From Lytechinus pictus (lineage: Eukaryota): a stretch of 64,000 bases of DNA. Positions 49,401 through 61,400 of the stretch are shown here, one piece after another; position 1 is the first letter of the stretch; each line of letters starts with the position of its first letter. The stretch covers positions 24,552,001-24,616,000 of the forward strand of contig NC_087258.1 of the NCBI RefSeq assembly GCF_037042905.1, in the 5' to 3' direction. The notes below the pieces were generated by a model that ran no database searches, was not told the origin of the DNA, and worked only from the letters and a program-made list of their open reading frames with translations. Position numbers and translations under genes: made by a program.

Positions 49401-52400
49401 CGGGTTAGCTGAAAAAGTAGCAAACAACCCCCCAAAAAAATCATATTTTCGCTAGGACAGGAGGGATTTTAAACAAATTTGTTTTGATTGGAAAGACATG
49501 TACATGTAGATGTCTACACATGTAAAGATATTCCCTTGAAATTATGGCTACTTCGTGAAATTATCTCATAATTTTTTTTTAAATAATGAAAAGAAAAGAA
49601 AGATATGTTCAAGCAACCAATTATTAATTTTAGCAGCCAACACTTTGCCTTTATAGACTTATACATGTAGTTGACCTGTCTCCGTGTGAACCTTACTATA
49701 GATCTTCTTGACAAGCTTGAAAGCTTGATAACCCAAGATCTTGTTTGCTATTGTGTTCACATGACAAAGGCTCTTTGTATTTGTCTAACTTTATTGTCTT
49801 CCTGTACTTGAATGGAGTTTAGACTTAGCCCCTCTTCCAGAAAGTATGGCTTGGGTCTAAAGTCTACATCTCCAAGAAATTTAGTGTCGTTCTTTTATGA
49901 TGTTTTGGAATGACTGTTAATATGGCTTGTAGTACTGAAGAGTTTCATCATGCACAGCTACTAAGAGTTGTCACATTGGATTTTTAATTGGACTACTTCA
50001 TCCCTGAACGAATTCAGTAAGTTTTGTGAGAGAATTTCAGATAATGCTGTTCAGTGTCTAGATATTTTAGTCTTTTAGAGGGACCACGTTACAGATTGAT
50101 TTTTTGCTGATTTTCAGTTTTTCTTTTCTTGATAAATTTTTGCCTATTTCTGTTTTGTTTACAAAATATTTCCCTATTAAAAATTGTTTGCCCCAGAAAA
50201 GATGGGAGGGAGGGGGGGGGGTCCTTAAATAACCTGCCTTTGACTTTAAATTTTGTAATGATAACAATACAGCGCAACTCTTTTTTTTTTCACTGTGGAT
50301 CCTTGTCGGATCCATGTTTTCACTGAGACTTCTGATATCTTACACATTCTGTAACCTAGATAATCAGGTATGTGGTTCTGGAGTTATATTAATCAGGGGT
50401 GTGAGAGTTCAGCTTTTTTATAGCTGATTTCAGATTTTTTGGGGTTTTGATTTTCTTCTTCTGATGATGATGAAGTACAGTCCACCGACTGGTGTATTGT
50501 CGTACTATATTTGGCAGGTCCGGTGTGGAGTACATGTATGTACAGTGCCATTTTAAAATATTCTTAAAAGTTACTAATTGCAGCTAAAAAAAGACATGCT
50601 CCTCTCCTAGCGAAGCAGGAAGCTCTCTGTACCTCTTGTTTGAAGAGGCTAACAGAGGTGACATTGGGTCAGGGTTGTAATAAAAAACGTTTTTTATTAA
50701 AAAAAACAAATAAAACGTTTTTTATTGTTTTAAAACGTTTTAAATCGTTTTAAAACGTTTTTTTTTCCAACGAACGATGAAATTTTCTGTAAATCAGTGA
50801 AATTATATACTTAATACAGTATGATTTAAGCTCTTAATGTTGTAAAAACATTTTTGGAGTAAGTAAGAGATGACTACAATTTTTGTTACTGAATTTCCAA
50901 CAGAAAAGTTTATATTTTCCCCAAAATTACTAAATCAATGAAAATTGAATGCCGAAAAAGTAAGTTAACATTTCATAAGTCTATTCCTCATACTTATGAT
51001 GTAGTCTCAGGTTTTTTAGTCTTCTCAATCTAGGGGGTGAGAAGAATTTGTACAATGTAAGAAAATGACATAATCTATAGACTATAGGCTTTCAAAGCTT
51101 AATTTCATTTACTCAATATGCTTTATTTCATTTTAATCAATTATACCAATTTTAAGTAATAATAATAAATGTCCGCTTTTAAATAGTGCTTAATATATCG
51201 GAATGACGTGTCTAAACGCTTTAAAGATTTATTATTACCCCAGACATCGGATTCAATTAGTCATTCCCGCACACAATATGTATGCACATCCTCCACTCCC
51301 TGGGTAATATTCCAGTCAGTCGCCAGTGAGGCGCACACAGTACTGGACAAGCTACAATGACTTTTACATCCTACCGGGCACCCATAGATGCATGAAATAC
51401 ACCATTGGGTTTAAATCTATAAATATTAGGCCCTTGAACTGCTTATTTCTTTAATTGAGGAATTCTGATTAAATTGTTTTTTAATATTTGTTTTAACTGT
51501 TTTTTTTTTACATATTCCTTATCTACAGTTTTGTGGTTACTTTGGGGTTTTTTTAAGGAAATTGTTGGCAATAATTTTGGCAAAAATATTGATACAGATA
51601 AAAATGTTTGCGAAAATTTGCATTGGCTTTATACATGTACATGAAAATCACGATATTGAGCAATTCTGGTCTGAAATGCACTTGTGTAATATTACGGAGC
51701 TATTAATGTGTTGATAGCTCCATGGTAATATAACTGCATATCCATGCATGAATAAAAAAATATTCTTGAACGGTATGGTGTTGCCCTGTTGTGCTTATGG
51801 ATTTATCATATAAATTTTAAGGGGGACATTACGGTCCCCTGGGAGTGTTAGAGTTATAGGTAAAGTCCACCCTAGAAAAAAGTTGATTTGAATCAGTAGA
51901 AAAATTCAACCAAGCATAATGCTAAAAATTTCATCGAAATCGGATGTAAAATAAGAAAGTTATGACATTGTAAAGTTTCGCTTATTTTTCACAAAACATA
52001 ACTCGGTGATGTGCAAATAAGATAGTTGATAATGTCCCTCACTCACTATTTCTTTTGTGTTTTTTTAATTGTTTGAAAAATACAATATTTCAATATTTAC
52101 AGATTTTATAATAATGACCAACTTGACTGAACCAAAAAATGTTGAAACAATGGTAGTTCCACACATGTTCAGGGAGGAAAAAAAGTTTTGCTAGCTGTCT
52201 TAGCTGATTATCTTATACTGAATTAAATTACTTTTCTTCATCTTTACGAAGCGCAAAGTTTTACCTACTTTTGTGTGTACCTCAAGGTTACAATGTCAGT
52301 TATATAGTCTATTTGAAACATATTATTATGTTTGTGCAACAATTCCATTTCATTCAAGTACTACTATTACATATTTGAGCTCATTTTAAATAGTGTTTCT

Positions 52401-55400
52401 TTCCTTGTCTAAAAGTGAGCACAACACTCAGATGTGTGTTAAAATGAGAATTTTCTTAAATATGGATTGATGTGCACAATTTAACAGGAGGAAAGGAACA
52501 TGACAAAGCATTGGAGAAAGGGAGAATAAGGGGGTTTGAGAGAGTAGAAAAAGAGTGGTGTTGAGAAAGAGATTTAGTTACAAGAAAATGATAAACCACT
52601 TTAAAAATAAAAGTATGAAAAATAAATTCATGTAAAATCACATCCATGCACATTTATAACACACAAGTCTATGAGGTGTTTTAAAACACGTTTTTTTTGT
52701 AAAAAAAACGGGTGTTTTAAAACGCGTTTTAAAACATGTTTTAAAACACACCGTTTAAAACGCGCCAACCCTGCATTGGGTAGTTAATTTTCAGCTTCAT
52801 TTCAGCTTATTTTAGTTTTCCTCTGTACAAAAACGATGGGAGCTCTTTCTGTTTCAGCTTTTTTTCAACACTCTTCAGCCTTTTTCAGATCTTTTTATTT
52901 GTGACCATCCGCACCCCTGATTAATGTATAATGTATTAATGACCTTGGAATGTTGCATTTTATTGCAAGATTTGTTTGACATTTTTTTGCCATCAAGGTT
53001 TTTAAAAAATATGAAGACAGTTGACCAGTATATATCTTGACTACCACCACCAATAACAAACAACACCAGCACCACCAACACTAACACCATCACTAGAATA
53101 TAATATTGATATTAATTGGAATCATTATTAAATTAGTAAAAAAAAAGCGTATTAGACCAGTTTAAGATACTTAAAGAGAAGCTAATCCTATTTCTGCTAA
53201 ATTGTTTTAAAGTGTCTACAGTTAAGCAAAAATATTGATTACCCATGTTTGATTAATGACATTGATAAGAGTAAAATATTTCCCTTGGGGTTTTTCTTTT
53301 ATTTCCTCTCAAACCAGTGAACCTCTTGACGTTCACTTCTTTGAATTCACAGAGAATTATCCATTGATTTTGACTATGATTAGAACAATAAAGATTAAAT
53401 TCTCTGCTAGCTAGACTTTGCATTGTTTTGTGTTACACTGTAGCTCACATTGAGGTCACACTGGGGCCTGGGAGATCTAAGCGTATTGTTGACATTGTTA
53501 TTTGTTACGCTTGGTCTGAGGCAAAAATCAATATTACAGTTGACTTCTACCAGCATCGAAGTGACTCCTATCCACGTGCATGTACTGTACTGGGCACATT
53601 ATATCGACATGGATATATCATGGACTTTCTTGGTGTTCATAGGCTGCTGTTAATTAGTGTAGACGTCTTTCTTTCGACGGTGTGAAAACTGTGATTTAGT
53701 GTGATTTTGGAAAATTTCTTCCTCATTCCTGCTTCGTGGTGGTATGTACAAATTGCACACTGTAATTGATATTCGGTTAGAATGACTTTGAGGTGATGCT
53801 GCCTTGCATATTGTACATACAGTATGTCAGTGTACATGTATTTGAGCTGGATATTTGACGTTATTATCTACTAGAATAAATAGTGTTTAAGCGATGCATT
53901 AAACATGCGTACAACGTGTACGTATAATGAATGCAATGCGATGTGCAGCATAGAGCACAATGATTCTCAAAAGACGTCATAATGAACTACGTGTATTAAA
54001 GTCATATTTCAACGATCAAATTTGATCTTACGAAGTGATGATGCCATGTGACATGACTTGCTCAATCAAATTTCTCACTTTCTTTAGGGGAGGGGGTTGG
54101 ATAGATGATGATGGCTTTATTTCATGGAATACCAGAAATATTTCACTTGCTACATATGGCCAATATTCCACTCATCTGTGATTCGTGGAATATTTCCCCA
54201 AACTCTTCAAATATTTCTGGTATTCCATTCTGAGCCATCCAATATAATATAAATATCATTCACTACAATGAGGATTGTTTTTTAGTTGTTGTTTTTGGCA
54301 TGGGAAAGTCGTAATGGTATTAGATAATTTTCATAGACCTATAGAATTTACATTTGAGAATGTACATTTAAGAGATTCCCTTTAACATTTGAGCACCTGA
54401 TCAGGGCACATGTACTTGTACATGTAGCTGTGCAAAAAGCCAAGGTAAAGTTCTTATAATATTCAGAGATGCCACCCTTTAGGCTTTTGCCTGACTTTAG
54501 GCCCTGACAACTTCCCTATAGATTCAGGCATTTTAAGGCTTTCTATTGTACTTCACAATGCTGCCTTTACCATATTCCACCTTCTTTCAGTCCCAGTGAG
54601 TCAAACCAACTGGCACTCCTGATTGTGGTTATTAGTGATGAACGTCTTTAATTTAACACTTCCATAGTCTGTGTTTGTGGAAACTTGAAGGGGGCGTCGT
54701 GGTTTAGTGGTTAAGACCCTCATCTTTCAATCTGAGGGACGTGGGTTTGATTCCAAGCCATGACGTATTTTACTTGAGCAAGAGATTTACCCACATAGTG
54801 CTGCACTCAACCCAGGTGAGGTAAATGGGTACCGGCAGGAAGTGATTCATCAAAAAGCTTTGAGCATCGGAATCGGTAGACTAGCTTTAATAGCCAGGGT
54901 AATATAGTAGCACCTTGGGCACCTAACAAGGTGGATATGTGCGCTATATATCCTATATCATTTTATTTTATTACTTGTACAGGTTAGAATTCAATTGTAA
55001 GATCATTTTCCATCTTGTCCTATTTTGTGTTTGCACAAACCAGGTGAAAGAGCTAACAGAAAGCTTGGACGTTGAGAGGAAACGACGGTCGTCTTACGAA
55101 GGAACGATCATCAAGCTGAAACACCTGCTCGATACCAATCGTAAAACCATCTCAACAATCGAGGTAATCAAGCAAATTTTGTTACATATTTCATGCTCTA
55201 ACGATGTTGTTTACATGCACTTGTCATTTGTCACTTCCAGTTTTAGTATGTAGGGGAGAAAGAACAAGCCATTTTCAGCTTTGTAAGGGATGTGTCCATA
55301 CTTTTTGAGAATTTGTGTGCTTGTAATGAAAATTAAGAACGGGTATACAAATGAACTGTTTGTTATTGTAGGCTATGCTAAAAGTACCTTTTATAAAATC

Positions 55401-58400
55401 TTCAGGTGTGTTTATATAAAAAGTCTGTGTTCACAATAATCCAGTAAAACTTTAATGTATTTTCATCACCAAATAGTGTACAGCTGTCTCAAAATGCAAA
55501 TATCATTGTATACATTATCTGTATAAGAGATCAGGGCCTTATTTCATAAAAAAACTGCTCCAATAGCCTCTCTTGCTGGAATATCACCTTTCATTGGAAG
55601 GGCCAATCAAAAAGCAGAATTCTCACTCTTGTCATGGTAACTGGCTTTCCAGCAAGACTTGCTATCTTAGCAGTTTTGTGCCGCCATCCCTCATCTAAAA
55701 CCCCAGTACAAACCCCCAAAAGCAGAATGGCTGATGAAAACTTTTTATGCAATGGGGCCCTGATTTGTAATTTTTGTCTCGCCTGCATAGCAGAGCGAGA
55801 CTATAGGCGCCGCTTTTCCGACGGCGACGGCGGCGGCGTCAACATCAAATCTTAACCTAAGGTTAAGTTTTTGAAATGACATCATAACTTAGAAAGTATA
55901 TGGACCTAGTTCATGAAACTTGGACATAAGGTTAATCAAGTATTACTGAACATCCTGCCCGAGTTTCAGGTCACATGACCAAGGTCAAAGGTCATTTAGG
56001 GTCAATGAACTTAGACCATGTTGGGAAAATTATTTTCAAAATCTTAACCGAAGGTTAAGTTTTTGAAATGACATCATAACTTAGAAAGTATATGGACCTA
56101 GTTCATGAAACTTGGGCATAAGGTTAATCAAGTATTAGTGAACATCCTGCCTGAGTTTCAGGTCACATGACCAAGGTCAAAGGTCATTTAGGGTCAATGA
56201 ACTTTGGCCAAGTTGGGGGTATTTGTTGAATTACCATCATAACTTTAAAAATTTATGGATTTAGTTCATGAAACTTGGACATTAGGTTAATCAAGTACCA
56301 CTGAATATCCTGTGCGAGTATCAGGTCACATGACCATGGTCAATGGTCATTTAAGGTTAATAAACTTTTGCCGTGTTGGGGGTATATGTTAAATTACCAT
56401 CCTAACTCTGAAAGTTTATGGATCTAGTTCATAAAACTTGGACATAAGAGTAATCAAGTATCACTGAACATCCTGTACAAGTTTCAGGTCACATGACCAT
56501 GGTCAAAGGTCATTAAAGGTCAATGAACTTTGGCCGTGTTGGGGGTATTTGTTGAATTACCATCCTAACTCTGAAGTTTATGGATCTAGTTCATAAAACT
56601 TGGGATATAAGAGTAATCAAGCATCACTGAACATCCCCTGTGAGTTTCAGGTCACAAAACCAAGTCAAAGGTCAGTTAAGGTCAATAAACTTAGGCCATG
56701 TTGGGGTAATTGTTGAAGTGCCATCATAACTTTGAAAGTTTATGGATAGAGTGAATGAAATGTGGACATGGGTGTAGTTGACAGTCTTAAGTCTCCGTTC
56801 AAATGTCATTTATGGTCAATGAACGTGGTATTATGTCATTATATGAATTATGTTTTTGTGAATGATTATTTTATATTTGTTTTCAAAGTTAGCACTGCTG
56901 CTATATTAAATTGCGTAATGCAGGCGAGACTGCCAGAGGCGTTCCACTTGTTGATATTATTCCTCACACCGACTCCAATATGCTCTCTTTCTCTCTCTCA
57001 ATATACGATCCGAGCAAGACATTATTATTTTTTTCGTAACAAATTGCATTTTGCATCAAATATGATATTTCCAAGTAGTAAAATGATTTTATTTGAAGTT
57101 TGGCATAATGCTACAAATTCATACTAAAATCAGAATTCTGTTCTGCTGCAAGCTTTGGTGTCAGTTGAAAGTCCAAATTGGTTCAAAGTCGCAGCCTATG
57201 ATAATGCCATTACAATTTGGAGTTGACTTTGTCTTTATTTCTACAAAGAGGCTCTAAACTAGACTGGAATCTTGATCTTAGCATTTTCACCATTTTTCAG
57301 TACTTGTATCGTATTTATAGGTTTGAATGTTTATATTAATTGCTCTTCAATACAATTTTGTTGAAAATCAAATCGCGATGGATTGTGAAGTGTGCACTGG
57401 GCTCTGTACTCCCTTTGTAATTGCGTTGAGGTGTTTGGTTGTAATAGGGATACACCCCAGGAGGGGGTACTTGAGAGGGATATACGCATTGATTTTTTTC
57501 ATGCTGACTTGGAAAGTATAGTCGAACCCATCCAAATAAGATTTGACACCTGACATCCAATCTCTTGTCTCACCAACAATATAGCCAAATTAATGTGAAA
57601 ACCCAAAACATTGAGAAAGGTTCAAATGTCTGAATCATGCTTCCTGAAATCTAAAGCATGAATAGCGGAACTTAACAGTTGAAGGACCTGCTTGGCATTT
57701 GTAACAATGAAGAAAGACATTTGAATAAATTAGATTTTACTCAATTGTAGATCTGTATTACCGTTTTTAACTTGTACTACTGTACATGCATACATGTATT
57801 TGTATGTCGTACTTGGCAGAAGTAATCTTGAATTTACCATACATGTGTTTTGTTCGGCTGAAATCCTTTACTCCTTTAACAAGACCTTAAATTGAGTAAT
57901 TATTTTGCAAATGAACTTTATGATTCATGTATTAAATTATATAAACTTTGATTGCCTGAAATCTCATACCATTTTAGTATAACATTTTCTTTGGTGACCA
58001 TTGAGTACCATAATTCATTATGCAAAGCCCATTCAATTCATAAAAAAAACTTTGAAATTTGATTGATTTTCTATAATTTCTGTGTGTTATATACAGGAGG
58101 AGAAGGAGACATTGAATGTTGAGAAGAAATCGCTGGAGCAGAAGTTTGAACTACTGAAGAAGGATGTACAGGAATTCAAAGCCCAAGAAAAGCAAACTGT
58201 GACAAAAACTGTAAGTTTTTTTATATTAATGTTTCTCACCCTGGCATTGCTTAATATTTGTGCTTAACTGATAGATACTGTATCTCTCAACATTGTAAAT
58301 GTAGTTTTATTTCTCATACTGTCAAAATATAAAATGACAATCATTTCATATCGAACATTAAGGGGAATTCTTTTGTTGTCTCCCATTGGTAAAAATTTCC

Positions 58401-61400
58401 CTTATTGTTGATACATTACCTCTTAACGTCTGCCGTATGTAATATACCCATTGGTCTCCCAGGGGCTTTTCTGACATTGATTCTTTTTTTTTTTATGTTT
58501 TGCCAATTTAAATAATAAAAGCTGATAATGTAAGGCTATGAATGATTCATTCTTTCCAACACTCCTGTTGCCCATTTCAGGAGACTTCAACTGCAGGAGA
58601 TCTGAATACTATCAAACTCCAGGAGGAGATAAAGCGGCTCCAGAAGCAGAACGAGACGTGCGTGAGCCGTCTTGAGGACACCATGATATCCTTGGAGAGC
58701 GAGAAGATGAAGTGCAGGGAGCTGGAGCGGAAGCTCTCCACCACGGAGGAGAAGTGGGAGCTGGTCGTCAAGCGTTACCGTGACAACGAGAAACAACTGA
58801 ACAGCAAGGTAGGGCCACATGGCTTTCTTTATCATCTGGGATGTTCTGGTGATCACTTTTTAAAAAGAAATTGCTAAAAAGACTTCTGGGGAGTGTTTCC
58901 TGAAACAAATAGGTCAGTGCTTTTCACTGATGAATGTTATAAGCTACTGAAATCCTTGCACATGATTGGCTCAGAACAAACCAGTCAATCAAAATCACAG
59001 AAAAGATACTTTATGAAACACTACCTTGTGCATGTCCAAAATCCCTGTTTTATGAAGAACTTATGATTGCGACAACTTTTTCATTGCGGTAACTCACATT
59101 TTTTGTCGGGTCCAACTGTCAATGTAAAATTGATTTTTTCAAAATACCTTTAATAATTGACAATTCATTTTGATAATTGTAAATTCTTTTTTAAATGATC
59201 TCGAGAGTGTACTTATGGGAAAGTCCACCCAGAAAATCAATTTATTTTATAATGGAAACAGAAACATTGAAGGAAATTTTCATGCATCCTGAACTATTGA
59301 AAAGACAAACTTTTTCTTATCTACAACTCTTGAATGGGAAAAAAATATATTGGACTATTAAACTTAGAAAAATATGTACTTTGGAATATTTCCACAGAGA
59401 TGAGCTTGTTTTTGTTACCAACTTATATTTGAAGTTGCTGTTATTGACATTCGGTTCTTTTTGCTTGAAAGAATACTTTCAATATTGGATTTAAAGGAAA
59501 AGATAAGATTTATAAGGTAGGTATAAATGTCTAGGACTTGCTAAGGAAAGATCTGGGCCCCGTCTTACAAAGAGTTACGATTGATCCAATCAATCGTAAC
59601 TCTATGGAAATCCATCACTGTCATAATTTTTTCTACATAAAATTTTCAAAATATCCTTTGTAAACAAAGGCGAACAAACCAAATTTTCAAGAAAACAGTG
59701 AATTTACATGTATGTAATTTACGTCATATCTAGAAAACATTTTGAACATTCAGGCATTTTAAATGTTGATGTTGCTGGCCGTCCATAGTTGTGATTGATT
59801 GGATCAATCGTAACTCTTTGTAAGACGGGGCCCTGATATCTGGGTCTTTTCTATTTTTTTTTAAAATTTCACCCCGGGATTCTTCACACTATTGACTGAG
59901 GGGAAGGGAAGGTTTCTCCCAATCTTAATCTTTTACGATCAATCAACTGCTTGCACCTGTCTCTGAATCTCAGAGAGAATATCGCAGTCATACAAAGTGT
60001 GAACATAGTTGTGGATGCCATGTTATCCTGCACCGTACTTGTATCCCCCCCTCCTCGGACAATAGTGTGAATGAAGAGCATAGTGCACAAGAAGAGTTCG
60101 TGATAGAGAATTTTTTATCCTGCTCCATATTTCCCTTCCCCTCGGATAATAGTGTGAACAGAAAGCATAGTGCGAAAGATGAGTCAGTGATGAGAGAAGT
60201 TTTAATCCTGCACCATATTCCCTTCCCCTCGGATAATAGTGTGAACAGAAAGCATAGTGCACAAGAAGAGTCGGTGATAGAGAAGTTTTTATCCTGCACC
60301 ATATTTCCCTTCCCCTCGGATAATAGTGTGAACAGAAAGCATAGTGCGCAAGAAGAGTCATTGATGAGAGAAGTTTTTATCCTACTGCATATTTTTCCTC
60401 CCCTCAAATAATTGTGTGAACAGAAAACATAGTGCACAAGGAGAGTCATTGATGAGAGAAGTTTTTATCCTGCACCATATTTCCCCTCCCCTCGGATAAT
60501 AGTGTGAACAGAAAACATAGTGCACAAGGAGAGTCATTGATGAGAGAAGTTTTTATCCTGCTCCATATTTTTCCTCCCCTCGGATACTAACTAGTGTGAA
60601 CAGAGCGTAGAGTGCACAAAGAGAATTATTGAGGAGGGTTTTTGTAGACTTTTCGTTGAGGTGACAAGTTTTTTGTTTTTTAATGTTGAATTTTCTCTCT
60701 ATTTTATATGCATGTATAGTATACTGTACTTTCTGAAAGAAAAATCTGGTAATCGGGACTCTGGTACATGTATGATGTTTTCTGATTTTGAATTTCCACA
60801 TGTTTTTTCCATATTAATTTTGTATTTTGATTGTTGTATTTGATTGATTGATGGAGTGAATACTGTATTTGGGCAAGGTGTGTCTTACATTCTTGTATGT
60901 ACATGTATACGATTCATAGAGCTGTGACTTGTGGTAAGGAAGGGGTTGCTGTTACGTGTACATTGTAGAACAAATTCCTGTCTATGGGGTTTTAATAGGC
61001 TAAGGAAGAAAAATGTGTCAGATATATAGTTATTTAATTTATTTTACTAAAGAGCCTTACAATGACCCATGTTTTCCATGTGAAACCCATAGAGTAAAGA
61101 AGCCTTCTAAATTTTTTCTTCATTGTAGGTTTGTCCCTATATAAAAAGTTATACAACTAGACTGTATAGCATAGAATGGGCCTCGTATACAAAATTAATC
61201 TTAAACCTCAAATATTGTTCAGGACTGTTATTCTTGTTCTACATTGAATCAAGTATGCATTTTATAAACATGACTATAGACAAGTTATGTCAATCTGAAG
61301 TGTAAGATATGCTCTTCCAACTGTATTTATAAACAAAACCCTCAAACTTCATTTTGATTCACTTCGTTATGGCTTAACTGGGCCAATCACAAAAGATAAT

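Noticed and set aside
54690-54765. tRNA-like sequence (possible TTC anticodon)
   Set aside because: Stems are imperfect and it runs directly into a SINE body and tail that recur elsewhere in the window, so it is a SINE head rather than a tRNA gene.
59988-60449. Repetitive Cys-containing ORFs on both strands
   Set aside because: Translations of an ~87-bp intronic minisatellite with indels between units; no splice or domain support.
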